Below are positions 1 through 12,173 of a stretch of DNA of 64,000 bases, piece by piece. The stretch lies in assembly GCF_009914755.1 (NCBI RefSeq), contig NC_060929.1; one strand, given 5' to 3'. The position numbers and the translations under genes are program-made. Each line of letters opens with the position of its first letter. Positions within the stretch are counted from its first letter, which is position 1. Below the pieces are notes generated by a model, which saw nothing but the letters and a program-made list of their open reading frames with translations, made no database searches and had not been told where the DNA came from. This DNA is from the human T2T-CHM13v2.0 reference genome, Homo sapiens.

Positions 1-1072
1 GTCTTTTTGTAGTATCTGCAAGTGGATATTTGCAGTGATTTGAGGCCGAAGAAGGAAAAGGAAATACCTTCAAATAAAAAACTAGACGGAAGCATTTTCA
101 GAAACTGCCTTGTGATGTGTGCATTCAACTCACAGAGTTGAACCTTCCTTTTGAGAGAGAAGTTTTGAAACAGTCTTTTTGTAGTATTTGCAAGTGGATA
201 TTTGGAGCGATTTGTGGAGTATGGTGGAAAATGAAATACCTTCACATACAAAGTAGACAGAAGCATTCTCAGAAACTGCTTTGTGATGTGTGCATTTAAG
301 TCACAGACTTGAAACTTCCTTTAGGTAGAGCAGTGTTGAAACACACTTTTTGTATAATCTACAAGTGTTCTTTGGAGTGCTTTGTTGCCTATGTTGGAAA
401 AAGAAATATCTTCACATAAAAACTAGACAGAAGCATTCTCAGAAACTCCTTTGTGATGGGTTTGTTCAATTCACATTGTTGAACCTTTCTTTTGATACAG
501 CAGGGTTGAAACAAACATTTTGTAGAATCTGCAAGGGTTCATTTCAAATGCTTTGTGGCCTATGTTGGAAAAAGTGATATCTTCACCTAAAAAATAGACA
601 GAAGCATTCTCAGGAACTGCTTTGTAATATGTGCATTCAACTCACAGAGTTGAACCTTCCTTTTGAGAGAGCGGTTTTGAAACAGTCTTTTTGTAGTATC
701 TGCAAGTGGATATTTGGAGCGATTTGAGGTCTAAGAAGGAAAAGGAAGTACCTTCAAATAAAAACTAGACAGAAGCTTTCTCAGAAACTGCTTTGTGATG
801 TGTGCATTTAACTCAAAGTCTTGATCCTTACTTTTGTTAGAGCAGTGTTGAAACACACTTTTTGTAGAACCTGGTAGTGTTCATTTGGAGAGATTTGTTG
901 CCTATGGTGGAAAAAGGATTATCTTCTCTTAAAAACTAGACAGAAGCATTCTTAGAAACTGCTTTGTGATGTGTGTGTTCAATTCACAGAGTTGAAACTT
1001 TCCTTTGACAGAGCAGGTTTGAAACACTGCTTCTGTAGAATCTGCTTGTGGATATTGGGAGCTCCTTGAGGA

Positions 1073-1089
1073 ATACATTGTAAAAGGCA
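1073..1089 (+). other. Decayed CENP-B-box position in m6 (ATAC[A/G]TTGTAAAAGGCA); same site in every full HOR, predicted non-binding
   Basis: Sits at the box position of a 170-bp monomer and aligns to ATTCGTTGGAAACGGGA, but both the TTCG and CGGG cores are broken. Confidence 0.65.
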
Positions 1090-1242
1090 TATCCTCACAT
1101 ACAAACTAAACAGAAGCATTCTCAGAAACTGCTTTGTGATGTGTGCATTCAACTCACAGAGTTGAACCTTCCATTTGAGAGAGCAGTGTTGAAACGATCT
1201 TTTTGTAGTATCTTCAATTGGATATTTGGAGCGATTTGAGGC

Positions 1243-1259
1243 CTATGATGGAAAAGGAA
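1243..1259 (+). other. pJ-alpha (A-box)-like motif CTATGATGGAAAAGGAA, representative of the A-type monomers that dominate this HOR
   Basis: 16/17 match to the pJ-alpha consensus CTAYGGTGRAAAAGGAA (consensus recalled from memory) at the box position. Confidence 0.6.
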
Positions 1260-2094
1260 ATATCTTCACATACAAACTAGACAGAAGCATTCTCAGAAAC
1301 TGCTTTGTGATGTGTGCATTCAACCCACAGAGTTGAACCTTCCTTTTGAGAGAGCAGTGTTGAAACGGTCTTTTGTAGTATCTGCAAGTGGATATTTGGA
1401 GCGATTTGAAGCCTATGATGGAAAAGGAAATATCTTCACATACAAACTAGACAGAAGCATTCTCAGAAACTGCTTTGTGATGTGTGCATTCAACCGACAG
1501 ATTTGAACTTTCCTTTGGAGAGGGAGGTTTTGAAACAGTCTTTTTGTAGTATCTGCAAGTGGATATTTGTAGTGACTTGGGGCCTCAGGTGGAAAAGGAA
1601 ATACCTTCACATACAAAGTAGACAGAAGTATTCTCAGAAACTCCATTGTGATGTGTGCACTCAACTCACAGAGTTGAACCTTCCTTTTGAGAGAGCAGTT
1701 TTGAAACAGTCTTTTTGTAACGTCTGCAGGTGGATATTTGGAGCGATTCGTGTAGTATGATGGAAAAGGAAATATCTTCACATACAAACGAAACAGAAGC
1801 ATTCTCAGAAACTTCTTGTGATGTGTGCGTTCACCTAACAGAGTGGAACCGTTCTTTTGATAGAGCCGTTTTGAATCAGTCTTTTGGTAGGACCTGCAAG
1901 TTTTCATTTGGAGCGCTTTGAAGCCCATGGTGGAAAAGGGACTATCTTCACAAAAAACTAGGCAGAAGCCTTCTCAGGAACTTCATTGAGATGTGTGCAT
2001 TCAACTAACAGAGTTGAAACTGTCTTTTGACAGAGGAGGAATGAAACACTCCTTTTGTAGTATCTGATTGTGTATATTTGGAACTCTTTGAGTT

Positions 2095-2111
2095 ATTCGT
2101 TGGAAACGGGT
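2095..2111 (+). other. CENP-B box
   Basis: ATTCGTTGGAAACGGGT matches the NTTCGNNNNANNCGGGN core; lies in m12. Confidence 0.92.
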
Positions 2112-4652
2112 ATCTTCACATAAAAAGTAGACCCAAGCATTCTCAGAAGGTTCTTTGTGATGTGGGCGTTCAACTCACAGACTTGAAACTTTCTTTTGAT
2201 AGAGCAGTGTTGAAACACACTTTTTGTAGAATCCAGAAGTATTCGTTTGGAGTGCTTTGTTGCCTATGTGGGAAAAAGGAATATCTTCACTTAAAAACTA
2301 GACAGAAGCATTCTCTGAAACTCCTCTGTGAAGTGTGTGTTCAATTCACATCGTTGAACCTTTCTTTTGATAGAGCAGTGTTGAAACATACTTTTTGTAG
2401 AATCTGCAAGTGTCCATTTCGAGTTCTTTTGTGCGTATGTTGGAAAAAGTGATATCTTCACCTGAAAAATAGACAGAAGCATTCCAGAAACTGCTTTGTA
2501 ACATATGCATTCAACTCACAGTGTTGAACCTTCCTTTTGAGAGAGCGGTTTTGAAACAGTCTTTTTGTAGTATCTGCAAGTGGATATTTGCAGTGATTTG
2601 AGGCCGAAGAAGGAAAAGGAAATACCTTCAAATAAAAAACTAGACGGAAGCATTTTCAGAAACTGCCTTGTGATGTGTGCATTCAACTCACAGAGTTGAA
2701 CCTTCCTTTTGAGAGAGAAGTTTTGAAACAGTCTTTTTGTAGTATTTGCAAGTGGATATTTGGAGCGATTTGTGGAGTATGGTGGAAAATGAAATACCTT
2801 CACATACAAAGTAGACAGAAGCATTCTCAGAAACTGCTTTGTGATGTGTGCATTTAAGTCACAGACTTGAAACTTCCTTTAGGTAGAGCAGTGTTGAAAC
2901 ACACTTTTTGTATAATCTACAAGTGTTCTTTGGAGTGCTTTGTTGCCTATGTTGGAAAAAGAAATATCTTCACATAAAAACTAGACAGAAGCATTCTCAG
3001 AAACTCCTTTGTGATGGGTTTGTTCAATTCACATTGTTGAACCTTTCTTTTGATACAGCAGGGTTGAAACAAACATTTTGTAGAATCTGCAAGTGTTCAT
3101 TTCAAATGCTTTGTGGCCTATGTTGGAAAAAGTGATATCTTCACCTAAAAAATAGACAGAAGCATTCTCAGGAACTGCTTTGTAATATGTGCATTCAACT
3201 CACAGAGTTGAACCTTCCTTTTGAGAGAGCGGTTTTGAAACAGTCTTTTTGTAGTATCTGCAAGTGGATATTTGGAGCGATTTGAGGTCTAAGAAGGAAA
3301 AGGAAGTACCTTCAAATAAAAACTAGACAGAAGCTTTCTCAGAAACTGCTTTGTGATGTGTGCATTTAACTCAAAGTCTTGATCCTTACTTTTGTTAGAG
3401 CAGTGTTGAAACACACTTTTTGTAGAACCTGGTAGTGTTCATTTGGAGAGATTTGTTGCCTATGGTGGAAAAAGGATTATCTTCTCTTAAAAACTAGACA
3501 GAAGCATTCTTAGAAACTGCTTTGTGATGTGTGTGTTCAATTCACAGAGTTGAAACTTTCCTTTGACATAGCAGGTTTGAAACACTGCTTCTGTAGAATC
3601 TGCTTGTGGATATTGGGAGCTCCTTGAGGAATACGTTGTAAAAGGCATATCTTCACATACAAACTAAACAGAAGCATTCTCAGAAACTGCTTTGTGATGT
3701 GTGCATTCAACTCACAGAGGTGAACCTTCCATTTGAGAGAGCAGTGTTGAAACGATCTTTTTGTAGTATCTTCAATTGGATATTTGGAGCGATTTGAGGC
3801 CTATGATGGAAAAGGAAATATCTTCACATACAAACTAGACAGAAGCATTCTCAGAAACTGCTTTGTGATGTGTGCATTCAACCCACAGAGTTGAACCTTC
3901 CTTTTGAGAGAGCAGTGTTGAAACGGTCTTTTGTAGTATCTGCAAGTGGATATTTGGAGCGATTTGAAGCCTATGATGGAAAAGGAAATATCTTCACATA
4001 CAAACTAGACAGAAGCATTCTCAGAAACTGCTTTGTGATGTGTGCATTCAACCGACAGATTTGAACTTTCCTTTGGAGAGGGAGGTTTTGAAACAGTCTT
4101 TTTGTAGTATCTGCAAGTGGATATTTGTAGTGACTTGGGGCCTCAGGTGGAAAAGGAAATACCTTCACATACAAAGTAGACAGAAGTATTCTCAGAAACT
4201 CCATTGTGATGTGTGCACTCAACTCACAGAGTTGAACCTTCCTTTTGAGAGAGCAGTTTTGAAACAGTCTTTTTGTAACGTCTGCAGGTGGATATTTGGA
4301 GCGATTCGTGTAGTATGATGGAAAAGGAAATATCTTCACATACAAACGAAACAGAAGCATTCTCAGAAACTTCTTGTGATGTGTGCGTTCACCTAACAGA
4401 GTGGAACCGTTCTTTTGATAGAGCCGTTTTGAATCAGTCTTTTGGTAGGACCTGCAAGTTTTCATTTGGAGCGCTTTGAAGCCCATGGTGGAAAAGGGAC
4501 TATCTTCACAAAAAACTAGGCAGAAGCCTTCTCAGGAACTTCATTGAGATGTGTGCATTCAACTAACAGAGTTGAAACTGTCTTTTGACAGAGGAGGAAT
4601 GAAACACTCCTTTTGTAGTATCTGATTGTGTATATTTGGAACTCTTTGAGTT

Positions 4653-4669
4653 ATTCGTTGGAAACGGGT
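4653..4669 (+). other. CENP-B box
   Basis: ATTCGTTGGAAACGGGT, core intact. Confidence 0.92.
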
Positions 4670-5208
4670 ATCTTCACATAAAAAGTAGACCCAAGCATTC
4701 TCAGAAGGTTCTTTGTGATGTGGGCGTTCAACTCACAGACTTGAAACTTTCTTTTGATAGAGCAGTGTTGAAACACACTTTTTGTAGAATCCACAAGTAT
4801 TCCTTTGGAGCGCTTTGTTGCCTATGTGGGAAAAAGGAATATCTTCACTTAAAAACTAGACAGAAGCATTCTCTGAAACTCCTCTGTGAAGTGTGTGTTC
4901 AATTCACATCGTTGAACCTTTCTTTTGATAGAGCAGTGTTGAAACATACTTTTTGTAGAATCTGCAAGTGTCCATTTCGAGTTCTTTTGTGCGTATGTTG
5001 GAAAAAGTGATATCTTCACCTGAAAAATAGACAGAAGCATTCCAGAAACTGCTTTGTAACATATGCATTCAACTCACAGTGTTGAACCTTCCTTTTGAGA
5101 GAGCGGTTTTGAAACAGTCTTTTTGTAGTATCTGCAAGTGGATATTTGCAGTGATTTGAGGCCGAAGAAGGAAAAGGAAATACCTTCAAATAAAAAACTA
5201 GACGGAAG

Positions 5209-7596
5209 CATTTTCAGAAACTGCCTTGTGATGTGTGCATTCAACTCACAGAGTTGAACCTTCCTTTTGAGAGAGAAGTTTTGAAACAGTCTTTTTGTAG
5301 TATTTGCAAGTGGATATTTGGAGCGATTTGTGGAGTATGGTGGAAAATGAAATACCTTCACATACAAAGTAGACAGAAGCATTCTCAGAAACTGCTTTGT
5401 GATGTGTGCATTTAAGTCACAGACTTGAAACTTCCTTTAGGTAGAGCAGTGTTGAAACACACTTTTTGTATAATCTACAAGTGTTCTTTGGAGTGCTTTG
5501 TTGCCTATGTTGGAAAAAGAAATATCTTCACATAAAAACTAGACAGAAGCATTCTCAGAAACTCCTTTGTGATGGGTTTGTTCAATTCACATTGTTGAAC
5601 CTTTCTTTTGATACAGCAGGGTTGAAACAAACATTTTGTAGAATCTGCAAGTGTTCATTTCAAATGCTTTGTGGCCTATGTTGGAAAAAGTGATATCTTC
5701 ACCTAAAAAATAGACAGAAGCATTCTCAGGAACTGCTTTGTAATATGTGCATTCAACTCACAGAGTTGAACCTTCCTTTTGAGAGAGCGGTTTTGAAACA
5801 GTCGTTTTGTAGTATCTGCAAGTGGATATTTGGAGCGATTTGAGGTCTAAGAAGGAAAAGGAAGTACCTTCAAATAAAAACTAGACAGAAGCTTTCTCAG
5901 AAACTGCTTTGTGATGTGTGCATTTAACTCAAAGTCTTGATCCTTACTTTTGTTAGAGCAGTGTTGAAACACACTTTTTGTAGAACCTGGTAGTGTTCAT
6001 TTGGAGAGATTTGTTGCCTATGGTGGAAAAAGGATTATCTTCTCTTAAAAACTAGACAGAAGCATTCTTAGAAACTGCTTTGTGATGTGTGTGTTCAATT
6101 CACAGAGTTGAAACTTTCCTTTGACAGAGCAGGTTTGAAACACTGCTTCTGTAGAATCTGCTTGTGGATATTGGGAGCTCCTTGAGGAATACATTGTAAA
6201 AGGCATATCCTCACATACAAACTAAACAGAAGCATTCTCAGAAACTGCTTTGTGATGTGTGCATTCAACTCACAGAGTTGAACCTTCCATTTGAGAGAGC
6301 AGTGTTGAAACGATCTTTTTGTAGTATCTTCAATTGGATATTTGGAGCGATTTGAGGCCTATGATGGAAAAGGAAATATCTTCACATACAAACTAGACAG
6401 AAGCATTCTCAGAAACTGCTTTGTGATGTGTGCATTCAACCGACAGATTTGAACTTTCCTTTGGAGAGGGAGGTTTTGAAACAGTCTTTTTGTAGTATCT
6501 GCAAGTGGATATTTGTAGTGACTTGGGGCCTCAGGTGGAAAAGGAAATACTTTCACATACAAAGTAGACAGAAGTATTCTCAGAAACTCCATTGTGATGT
6601 GTGCACTCAACTCACAGAGTTGAACCTTCCTTTTGAGAGAGCAGTTTTGAAACAGTCTTTTTGTAACGTCTGCAGGTGGATATTTGGAGCGATTCGTGTA
6701 GTATGATGGAAAAGGAAATATCTTCACATACAAACGAAACAGAAGCATTCTCAGAAACTTCTTGTGATGTGTGCGTTCACCTAACAGAGTGGAACCGTTC
6801 TTTTGATAGAGCCGTTTTGAATCAGTCTTTTGGTAGGACCTGCAAGTTTTCATTTGGAGCGCTTTGAAGCCCATGGTGGAAAAGGGACTATCTTCACAAA
6901 AAACTAGGCAGAAGCCTTCTCAGGAACTTCATTGAGATGTGTGCATTCAACTAACAGAGTTGAAACTGTCTTTTGACAGAGGAGGAATGAAACACTCCTT
7001 TTGTAGTATCTGATTGTGTATATTTGGAACTCTTTGAGTTATTCGTTGGAAACGGGAATCTTCACATAAAAAGTAGACCCAAGCATTCTCAGAAGGTTCT
7101 TTGTGATGTGGGCGTTCAACTCACAGACTTGAAACTTTCTTTTGATAGAGCAGTGTTGAAACACACTTTTTGTAGAATCCAGAAGTATTCGTTTGGAGCG
7201 CTTTGTTGCCTATGTGGGAAAAAGGAATATCTTCACTTAAAAACAAGACAGAAGCATTCTCTGAAACTCCTCTGTGAACTGTGTGTTCAATTCACATCGT
7301 TGAACCTTTCTTTTGATAGAGCAGTGTTGAAACATACTTTTTGTAGAATCTGCAAGTGTCCATTTCGAGTTCTTTTGTGCGTATGTTGGAAAAAGTGATA
7401 TCTTCACCTGAAAAATAGACAGAAGCATTCCAGAAACTGCTTTGTAACATATGCATTCAACTCACAGTGTTGAACCTTCCTTTTGAGAGAGCGGTTTTGA
7501 AACAGTCTTTTTGTAGTATCTGCAAGTGGATATTTGCAGTGATTTGAGGCCGAAGAAGGAAAAGGAAATACCTTCAAATAAAAAACTAGACGGAAG
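5209..7596 (+). repeat. 14-mer HOR variant, type A (2388 bp; the 170-bp monomer m8 is missing)
   Basis: Marker spacing 5233->7621 = 2388. Intact m7 (6233-6403) is followed directly by m9 (CAACCGACAGATTTG). Confidence 0.93.
7041..7057 (+). other. CENP-B box
   Basis: ATTCGTTGGAAACGGGA, core intact; the only copy ending in the consensus A. Confidence 0.92.
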
Positions 7597-9598
7597 CATT
7601 TTCAGAAACTGCCTTGTGATGTGTGCATTCAACTCACAGAGTTGAACCTTCCTTTTGAGAGAGAAGTTTTGAAACAGTCTTTTTGTAGTATTTGCAAGTG
7701 GATATTTGGAGCGATTTGTGGAGTATGGTGGAAAATGAAATACCTTCACATACAAAGTAGACAGAAGCATTCTCAGAAACTGCTTTGTGATGTGTGCATT
7801 TAAGTCACAGACTTGAAACTTCCTTTAGGTAGAGCAGTGTTGAAACACACTTTTTGTATAATCTACAAGTGTTCTTTGGAGTGCTTTGTTGCCTATGTTG
7901 GAAAAAGAAATATCTTCACATAAAAACTAGACAGAAGCATTCTCAGAAACTCCTTTGTGATGGGTTTGTTCAATTCACATTGTTGAACCTTTCTTTTGAT
8001 ACAGCAGGGTTGAAACAAACATTTTGTAGAATCTGCAAGTGTTCATTTCAAATGCTTTGTGGCCTATGTTGGAAAAAGTGATATCTTCACCTAAAAAATA
8101 GACAGAAGCATTCTCAGGAACTGCTTTGTAATATGTGCATTCAACTCACAGAGTTGAACCTTCCTTTTGAGAGAGCGGTTTTGAAACAGTCTTTTTGTAG
8201 TATCTGCAAGTGGATATTTGGAGCGATTTGAGGTCTAAGAAGGAAAAGGAAGTACCTTCAAATAAAAACTAGACAGAAGCTTTCTCAGAAACTGCTTTGT
8301 GATGTGTGCATTTAACTCAAAGTCTTGATCCTTACTTTTGTTAGAGCAGTGTTGAAACACACTTTTTGTAGAACCTGGTAGTGTTCATTTGGAGAGATTT
8401 GTTGCCTATGGTGGAAAAAGGATTATCTTCTCTTAAAAACTAGACAGAAGCATTCTTAGAAACTGCTTTGTGATGTGTGTGTTCAATTCACAGAGTTGAA
8501 ACTTTCCTTTGACAGAGCAGGTTTGAAACACTGCTTCTGTAGAATCTGCTTGTGGATATTGGGAGCTCCTTGAGGAATACATTGTAAAAGGCATATCCTC
8601 ACATACAAACTAAACAGAAGCATTCTCAGAAACTGCTTTGTGATGTGTGCATTCAACTCACAGAGTTGAACCTTCCGTTTGAGAGAGCAGTGTTGAAACG
8701 ATCTTTTTGTAGTATCTTCAATTGGATATTTGGAGCGATTTGAGGCCTATGATGGAAAAGGAAATATCTTCACATACAAACTAGACAGAAGCATTCTCAG
8801 AAACTGCTTTGTGATGTGTGCATTCAACCCACAGAGTTGAAACTTCCTTTTGAGAGAGCAGTGTTGAAACGGTCTTTTGTAGTATCTGCAAGTGGATATT
8901 TGGAGCGATTTGAAGCCTATGATGGAAAAGCAAATATCTTCACATACAAACTAGACAGAAGCATTCTCAGAAACTGCTTTGTGATGTGTGCATTCAACCG
9001 ACAGATTTGAACTTTCCTTTGGAGAGGGAGGTTTTGAAACAGTCTTTTTGTAGTATCTGCAAGTGGATATTTGTAGTGACTTGGGGCCTCAGGTGGAAAA
9101 GGAAATACCTTCACATACAAAGTAGACAGAAGTATTCTCAGAAACTCCATTGTGATGTGTGCACTCAACTCACAGAGTTGAACCTTCCTTTTGAGAGAGC
9201 AGTTTTGAAACAGTCTTTTTGTAACGTCTGCAGGTGGATATTTGGAGCGATTCGTGTAGTATGATGGAAAAGGAAATATCTTCACATACAAACTAAACAG
9301 AAGCATTCTCAGAAACTTCTTGTGATGTGTGCGTTCACCTAACAGAGTGGAACCGTTCTTTTGATAGAGCCGTTTTGAATCAGTCTTTTGGTAGGACCTG
9401 CAAGTATTCATTTGGAGCGCTTTGAAGCCCATGGTGGAAAAGGGACTATCTTCACAAAAAACTAGGCAGAAGCCTTCTCAGGAACTTCATTGAGATGTGT
9501 GCATTCAACTAACAGAGTTGAAACTGTCTTTTGACAGAGGAGGGATGAAACACTCCTTTTGTAGTATCTGATTGTGTATATTTGGAACTCTTTCAGTT

Positions 9599-9615
9599 AT
9601 TCGTTGGAAACGGGT
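9599..9615 (+). other. CENP-B box
   Basis: ATTCGTTGGAAACGGGT, core intact. Confidence 0.92.
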
Positions 9616-12156
9616 ATCTTCACATAAAAAGTAGACCCAAGCATTCTCAGAAGGTTCTTTGTGATGTGTGCGTTCGACTCACAGACTTGAAACTTTCTTT
9701 TGATAGAGCAGTGTTGAAACACACTTTTTGTAGAATCCACAAGTATTCGTTTGGAGCGCTTTGTTGCCTATGTGGGAAAAAGGAATATCTTCACTTAAAA
9801 ACTAGACAGAAGCATTCTCTGAAACTCCTCTCTGAAGTGTGTGTTCAATTCACATCGTTGAACCTTTCTTTTGATAGAGCAGTGTTGAAACATACTTTTT
9901 GTAGAATCTGCAAGTGTCCATTTCGAGTTCTTTTGTGCGTATGTTGGAAAAAGTGATATCTTCACCTGAAAAATAGACAGAAGCATTCCAGAAACTGCTT
10001 TGTAACATATGCATTCAACTCACACTGTTGAACCTTCCTTTTGAGAGAGCGGTTTTGAAACAGTCTTTTTGTAGTATCTGCAAGTGGATATTTGCAGTGA
10101 TTTGAGGCCGAAGAAGGAAAAGGAAATACCTTCAAATAAAAAACTAGACGGAAGCATTTTCAGAAACTGCCTTGTGATGTGTGCATTCAACTCACAGAGT
10201 TGAACCTTCCTTTTGAGAGAGAAGTTTTGAAACAGTCTTTTTGTAGTATTTGCAAGTGGATATTTGGAGCGATTTGTGGAGTATGGTGGAAAATGAAATA
10301 CCTTCACATACAAAGTAGACAGAAGCATTCTCAGAAACTGCTTTGTGATGTGTGCATTTAAGTCACAGACTTGAAACTTCCTTTAGGTAGAGCAGTGTTG
10401 AAACACACTTTTTGTATAATCTACAAGTGTTCTTTGGAGTGCTTTGTTGCCTATGTTGGAAAAAGAAATATCTTCACATAAAAACTAGACAGAAGCATTC
10501 TCAGAAACTCCTTTGTGATGGGTTTGTTCAATTCACATTGTTGAACCTTTCTTTTGATACAGCAGGGTTGAAACAAACATTTTGTAGAATCTGCAAGGGT
10601 TCATTTCAAATGCTTTGTGGCCTATGTTGGAAAAAGTGATATCTTCACCTAAAAAATAGACAGAAGCATTCTCAGGAACTGCTTTGTAATATGTGCATTC
10701 AACTCACAGAGTTGAACCTTCCTTTTGAGAGAGCGGTTTTGAAACAGTCTTTTTGTAGTATCTGCAAGTGGATATTTGGAGCGATTTGAGGTCTAAGAAG
10801 GAAAAGGAAGTACCTTCAAATAAAAACTAGACAGAAGCTTTCTCAGAAACTGCTTTGTGATGTGTGCATTTAACTCAAAGTCTTGATCCTTACTTTTGTT
10901 AGAGCAGTGTTGAAACACACTTTTTGTAGAACCTGGTAGTGTTCATTTGGAGAGATTTGTTGCCTATGGTGGAAAAAGGATTATCTTCTCTTAAAAACTA
11001 GACAGAAGCATTCTTAGAAACTGCTTTGTGATGTGTGTGTTCAATTCACAGAGTTGAAACTTTCCTTTGACAGAGCAGGTTTGAAACACTGCTTCTGTAG
11101 AATCTGCTTGTGGATATTGGGAGCTCCTTGAGGAATACATTGTAAAAGGCATATCCTCACATACAAACTAAACAGAAGCATTCTGAGAAACTGCTTTGTG
11201 ATGTGTGCATTCAACTCACAGAGTTGAACCTTCCATTTGAGAGAGCAGTGTTGAAACGATCTTTTTGTAGTATCTTCAATTGGATATTTGGAGCGATTTG
11301 AGGCCTATGATGGAAAAGGAAATATCTTCACATACAAACTAGACAGAAGCATTCTCAGAAACTGCTTTGTGATGTGTGCATTCAACCCACAGAGTTGAAC
11401 CTTCCTTTTGAGAGAGCAGTGTTGAAACGGTCTTTTGTAGTATCTGCAAGTGGATATTTGGAGCGATTTGAAGCCTATGATGGAAAAGGAAATATCTTCA
11501 CATACAAACTAGACAGAAGCATTCTCAGAAACTGCTTTGTGATGTGTGCATTCAACCGACAGATTTGAACTTTCCTTTGGAGAGGGAGGTTTTGAAACAG
11601 TCTTTTTGTAGTATCTGCAAGTGGATATTTGTAGTGACTTGGGGCCTCAGGTGGAAAAGGAAATACCTTCACATACAAAGTAGACAGAAGTATTCTCAGA
11701 AACTCCATTGTGATGTGTGCACTCAACTCACAGAGTTGAACCTTCCTTTTGAGAGAGCAGTTTTGAAACAGTCTTTTTGTAACGTCTGCAGGTGGATATT
11801 TGGAGCGATTCGTGTAGTATGATGGAAAAGGAAATATCTTCACATACAAACGAAACAGAAGCATTCTCAGAAACTTCTTGTGATGTGTGCGTTCACCTAA
11901 CAGAGTGGAACCGTTCTTTTGATAGAGCCGTTTTGAATCAGTCTTTTGGTAGGACCTGCAAGTTTTCATTTGGAGCGCTTTGAAGCCCATGGTGGAAAAG
12001 GGACTATCTTCACAAAAAACTAGGCAGAAGCCTTCTCAGGAACTTCATTGAGATGTGTGCATTCAACTAACAGAGTTGAAACTGTCTTTTGACAGAGGAG
12101 GAATGAAACACTCCTTTTGTAGTATCTGATTGTGTATATTTGGAACTCTTTGAGTT

Positions 12157-12173
12157 ATTCGTTGGAAACGGGT
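12157..12173 (+). other. CENP-B box
   Basis: ATTCGTTGGAAACGGGT, core intact. Confidence 0.92.

Larger units (their letters stand above)
93..5208 (+). repeat. Two canonical 15-mer HOR copies (starts 93, 2651)
   Basis: 15 monomer starts counted between 93 and 2651; period 2558 bp. Confidence 0.95.

Noticed and set aside
2240-2256. TATTCGTTTGGAG in m13, resembling a CENP-B box
   Set aside because: Only the TTCG half matches; the CGGG core is absent and it is not at the box position of the monomer.
93-2650. Assignment to the active chromosome 15 array (D15Z3, which also has a ~2.5-kb 15-mer) or another named array
   Set aside because: D15Z3 is an SF2 dimeric array expected to have frequent CENP-B boxes, unlike the one per 15 monomers here. 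A specific array name cannot be supported without a database search.
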